The position numbers and the translations under genes were made by a program. DNA of 64,000 bases from Candidatus Woesearchaeota archaeon (lineage in GTDB: Archaea; Nanobdellota; Nanobdellia; Woesearchaeales; GW2011-AR15): the NCBI GenBank assembly GCA_038874655.1, contig JAVZBY010000002.1, forward strand, positions 74,238-138,237, written 5' to 3'. The notes under the pieces were generated by a model, which ran no database searches, was not told the origin of the DNA, and saw only the letters and a list, made by a program, of their open reading frames with translations. Below are positions 61,501 to 64,000 of the stretch, in pieces (the stretch's first letter is position 1; the number at the start of each line of letters is the position of its first letter).

Positions 61501-64000
61501 GGTTGCCCAATATGTCAGAACAGATTTATGTAGAAATTATACAGGATTTAATTGTAATAATAATTTAACTTTAAGATTTACTTCTTATAATCCAGGAACA
61601 GATCTTGCAAATAATGATTATATAGGTTGGGACGAAATTAACTTAACAGGATATAGAAGATATGCACCAAAAATAGAAACAACAATTGGGGAAAAGCAAA
61701 ATTATGTTGAATGTGAGCATATAGATATTACACCACCAAATATAACTATTAATTACCCTCAAATATTTTCAAATACATCAAAACTAGAACCCTTTTTTAA
61801 TTTTACTATAATTGATGATTATTCAAAACTTTTGAATTATTCTATTTATGTAAATGGAATTTTTAATGGTCAAAAAGGACAAGCACTTAATAATTCCAAT
61901 ATAACTTTGAATATTACAGGATTATCAGAAGGTAGGCATTACATTATAATTGAAGCAATAGATAAATTTTCAAATGCATATAATTCCACAAAATGGAATA
62001 TTACTATTGATATAACACCTCCAAACACAACAATAACAACTCCTGTAAATTTTACAAACATTTCCTCAAATTCTTTTTTAATTGAAGCAGATGCTATTGA
62101 CAATTTAGTTGGTGTTGATTCAGTTTTATTTTTTTACAGAAATAATTCACAGCAAGAGTGGCAATTTTTATGCTCTGATAACACAATTCCTTATAGATGC
62201 ACATGGGATATAAGTTTGTTGCAAGATAATAACACTTATCAATTAAAAGCATATGCAAATGACACAGTTGGAAATAATGGTTTAAATTACACAGTAGGAA
62301 ACATAACTATTGATAGAAATGGCCCAATAACTTTAATAACAGAGCCATGGAATTATACAAAACTTAATGGCTCAAGTTATTTAATTAAAGTTAATGTTAC
62401 TGATTTATTATCTAGAGTTGATTCTATTTTTATTTTATATAGAAAAAACAGCACAGAAAATTGGATTAATCTATGTGTAGATAAAACATATCCTTATGAA
62501 TGTTTATTTAATTATGAAAATTTAGAAGAAGGTAATTTATATGAAATTAGGGCTTATTCAAATGATTCTGTTGGAAATTATGGATTAAATGATACAATTT
62601 ATAATTTATCAATTAATATGCAAGGGCCTAATATAACAAATTATAATGCATCTCCTTTAAATCAAAAATTAGGTTTACCTGTTCAAATTTTTGCAAACAT
62701 TACAGATAAAACAGCAGTTTCATATGCTTATGCTAATATTGTAATGCCTAATGGAACAAATATTAATTTATCAATGGCTGATGATGATTTAAATTCAATA
62801 TATAATACAACCTTTTATCAAACTTATTTAATTGGCACTTATAATGTTTCAATTTATTCTAATGATACTTTTAATAATATAAACAATACAGAGACATTTA
62901 CTTTTAACATTACTTATGATTCTTTAAATTTATACACAAACAAAAATAAATATGTGGCTGGTGAATATGTTTTGATTTATGGTTCAGGGTTTAATGCTTT
63001 TTCAAATATAACAATTTACATTTATAATTCAACAAACGATACTTTGGCTGGATTTCCCTATGATGTTATTAGCAATTCAACAGGAGGTATTAATTTAATT
63101 TGGGTAATTCCAATAGATTTAGAATTAGAATATTATTATATAAATGCAACAGATAAACAAGATATTAACAGAAGCATTACAACATCATTTGAGATTGTTT
63201 CAGCAATCATTGAAACAGATAAATTAGATTATCAACAAGGTAATCCTGTTTTTATTTTTGGTAATTATTTTGATGAAAACGAAGTTGTTTATGTTAATAT
63301 AACTAATCCCTTAAATGAATTAGTTTTTGAAATAAATTTAACAGCAAATTCTACGGGAAATATAAACACAACATGGTATTCAGATTTCAATGAAACAATA
63401 GGCAATTATATTTTATCTGCACAACAAATAAGCAACCCCTTAAAAAAAGACACTTATGAATTTACAATCTCACAAAGAAGTGTTTATGTTTTTACAGATT
63501 ATCCTTTTTATAAAGAAAATGAAATTGTTAATGTTTTGGGATATGGGTTTAGTTTCAATCCTACTGAATATATTGGAACAAATGTTTCAATATATATTTA
63601 TGATCAAGATGGAATTTCAATTTTAGGTTATCCAATAAATTTAACAACTAATGCATCTGGAAATTTCAACTATTTTTTCATAATTAATAATTTAAATGAA
63701 GGGAACTATACAATAAATGTTACTGATTTGAATTATCCAAATTTAAATAATTTTACTAAATTTGAAGTTGCTTTATCAACTTTATACACTGACAAAACAA
63801 ATTATATAAACGGAGAAATTGTTAATATTTATGGTAGTTATTGGACTAAAAACACAAAAATAACAATTGATATCAAAAACGAATCTGGAATATCTATAAC
63901 AGGATATCCAAAAAACATAACTAGCTCTAATTTAGGTAATATATCTGATTCATTAATCGCACAAGCAATTGGCTATGGCATAACAACCTATAAAATAATT
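55574..64000 (+). CDS. Second giant secreted surface protein, 3'-truncated (at least 2809 aa), not in ORF track
   Basis: TTG start 8 nt after AGGGGTG; LKKNNLLNLLVIFLLILLFISVFFINS leader; frame 2 reads as protein in every segment translated, up to ...QAIGYGITTYKII at the window end. Shares LWKCKDWDF..LCLGRW...DPGFIE...RPWFLAIDP with giant 1 and has TDKxxYxxGE Ig repeats and a DUF2341-like domain. Confidence 0.9.
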   Translation, partial: MKKNNLLNLLVIFLLILLFISVFFINSQPKIISYEYIEKSENTPLDYFEITLNYEDLSNTKVDIISTEKTYSFLNPEKKIKFFPKEYGKHEINFYKEDVLLDSSYFIYANENSIYTDKTNYSIGEQVTISIISTKETKNFILELIDNNNKKYNLFSPSSIVKFIPNSAGNYKINLIKDNNKIAQTEFYVESKEIEPINYEGHSNYEIVKTQLKIKPLSNLTENLGKLNNSLEITGKNKKLEYELEIINSSDLINENNLIQNNKKTKLKLKNSHIKEIEFSTNFQGNLKIDEPNIKKIKIENQNFNVPEIPVLASYAIDPRDLEFENATIKASAKGNQLWKCKDWDFNNSLCLGRWEKILDLIPGEDYTFVLDKQDPGFIETGIASINTNKPIYLPNETVKLDIVIVNKYGYLADADINIKITNPLNQSFDFSETQITKIQKGIYELNFSNTNEIGLYEIEIIALGNNVNSTLFSYFFVNNSYDFDIIRKAKQVIDPKNEYFISEINIDIKNLELISKNYNFTEVLPESFEIIKTEPNAEIIIENNTKKLIWRNLYENSKILYIAQPPIKSPELYQINSYIEYEQDLKYNLFKESRPWFLAIDPRAVSAIFVYKDTVDSGIVKYRIWNSSTNSLMPEQNGPNVGSPPTWQTIKCMKEAPLCLLVAVQADTTIDFAYYNESNNQWSSVTNLGTVDDDYKSVDIACEDLSGNCLIAYETSTAANNQFAYRIFNATSQTLGAQNLVTITAATANAFRYINLYPKYNSNQIAIVLQNLQTGGGEYEAAIWNGSESGGFIDWQELYADSGDITKKTYSCSWEGTSNDLICFYVRDTITGLYAWNYNSLTRTWTDLGEVWPRTDIGQEPANIFSCGETPETGDLNHDSVMVMFVDRGADRLGSIWNGTNFLLTIRPTQDGNTEVSRDDTMACSWTHDGNTNVMAWVDADSLIPEWGTYSYLTNSFSFAQWDVGSTVGMPTWADDVESLRISLNPENDEMLLTGHALTLGTIPSNVNCTRWTGSTFDITGCENVETTGNLDITSGREFTTYIDVDWFRYNAPPLVSALIYPLNNSNITTSNVNFTFIVSDDIALRNCSIYLNNSGWQSAGVLFLVKNGQPSNLTLSLADDKYTWNVLCYDSSTPSKIDWYDYNYTFTLDASPPNITNLNIEPEKQLVNLFVNISVNVSDYLGIKFVIAEITYPNLTIKNFTMTENGNIFNLTFTETTQLGLYNLTIHSEDLFGNKNSSIKSNFNISLEDLYLETDKNTYIADETVYILGKGFYPNNKITLYLYDPTGDPILGFPYNVSSNLTGGINSTWIIPNNPVLGYYKLNATDTFDKTRSINISFRIVSAIAETDKTNYEQGDFVLITGYNWDPYANITINITDPNNQQVFGQINLTANSTGNINTTWQIPYNATLGNYNLRAFQTNDLSKKSSYIFSVSKRNTNLSTDFDWYYLGDTIYVLGYGFSPESNITVYVYDNTGSPISHFPKNYTSNNTGAINFSFVFPIELYEDTFYINATDLKYPNLYTNTSFMIVSPYVQTDKDYYSDGETVYIYGYYFPRNKNITINITDVDSNLISGYPKNVSSDNNGFFTDTTTAYSGTLAQTPYDVLAFYPQNPNLQSLYTYYVLSITSLSTDKKYYTWWEIVNITGKSYSETSYVDVFIKDLYNSGSVLNYPQRELTNSLGRFNHYFNVSNYCPTDLNIIGTDVAYPDLLNASTNITIRGWWNSSWQKRIPIYITNLLNENRTNERIFVNITGLGGYIKNCINESRIISTETWQEIPLNVIGGDNSTFCEIVFLANITANKINDTKYYYYYNNSNAKNPNYPILEGYYYQILYDGFDGTTDFKISAGDCLIDGTHECIDSYPWDGFDLCRESDAATAYGVCASPYMGVKGGRGLWARGGLDQNTAGDGLFYYLNSTPCNNDFCHNIFLSYYEAAFSLDLATEGSRVYVNDSTTTLTISSCQNAQPCESTVLATTYLVAQYVRTDLCRNYTGFNCNNNLTLRFTSYNPGTDLANNDYIGWDEINLTGYRRYAPKIETTIGEKQNYVECEHIDITPPNITINYPQIFSNTSKLEPFFNFTIIDDYSKLLNYSIYVNGIFNGQKGQALNNSNITLNITGLSEGRHYIIIEAIDKFSNAYNSTKWNITIDITPPNTTITTPVNFTNISSNSFLIEADAIDNLVGVDSVLFFYRNNSQQEWQFLCSDNTIPYRCTWDISLLQDNNTYQLKAYANDTVGNNGLNYTVGNITIDRNGPITLITEPWNYTKLNGSSYLIKVNVTDLLSRVDSIFILYRKNSTENWINLCVDKTYPYECLFNYENLEEGNLYEIRAYSNDSVGNYGLNDTIYNLSINMQGPNITNYNASPLNQKLGLPVQIFANITDKTAVSYAYANIVMPNGTNINLSMADDDLNSIYNTTFYQTYLIGTYNVSIYSNDTFNNINNTETFTFNITYDSLNLYTNKNKYVAGEYVLIYGSGFNAFSNITIYIYNSTNDTLAGFPYDVISNSTGGINLIWVIPIDLELEYYYINATDKQDINRSITTSFEIVSAIIETDKLDYQQGNPVFIFGNYFDENEVVYVNITNPLNELVFEINLTANSTGNINTTWYSDFNETIGNYILSAQQISNPLKKDTYEFTISQRSVYVFTDYPFYKENEIVNVLGYGFSFNPTEYIGTNVSIYIYDQDGISILGYPINLTTNASGNFNYFFIINNLNEGNYTINVTDLNYPNLNNFTKFEVALSTLYTDKTNYINGEIVNIYGSYWTKNTKITIDIKNESGISITGYPKNITSSNLGNISDSLIAQAIGYGITTYKII

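Noticed and set aside
55396-64000. Apparent 8.6-kb non-coding gap in the ORF track
   Set aside because: An artefact of the window edge; it is a long ORF with no stop codon inside the window.

Overview
Very AT-rich, gene-dense window that looks archaeal, most likely DPANN (Woesearchaeota/Pacearchaeota-like). This is inferred from BRE+TATA promoter motifs, GGTG/GAGG Shine-Dalgarno sites, a PGF-pre-PGF protein and an expanded DUF5752-like family; no marker gene is present. No rRNA, tRNA, CRISPR array or transposase was seen. Block 1 (1-12.4 kb) holds two coiled-coil membrane-type proteins and a signalling cluster: two kinase-less sensors ending in the same RELKMIELK coiled coil, a free solute-binding protein, a 1271-aa multi-sensor histidine kinase, a lone receiver, a RecA/KaiC-like protein and a polytopic membrane protein. 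Block 2 (13.5-64 kb) is a large cell-surface locus. It includes a 4796-aa giant protein, a second giant ORF of at least 2809 aa missing from the ORF track (55574 to window end), three paralogous ~255-aa secreted subunits and two paralogous ~305-aa secreted proteins. It also has Cys-rich single-pass membrane proteins, a SipW-like (S26) peptidase and a cluster of small regulators with visible palindromic operators. Main candidate novel system: the core domain of the small subunits recurs as the C-terminal domain of the 4796-aa and 917-aa proteins, without the subunits' N-terminal extension. This suggests a polymerising surface filament or lattice capped by giant modular adhesins that carry exchangeable jelly-roll-like inserts. 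All family assignments are by eye from motifs; no searches were run.
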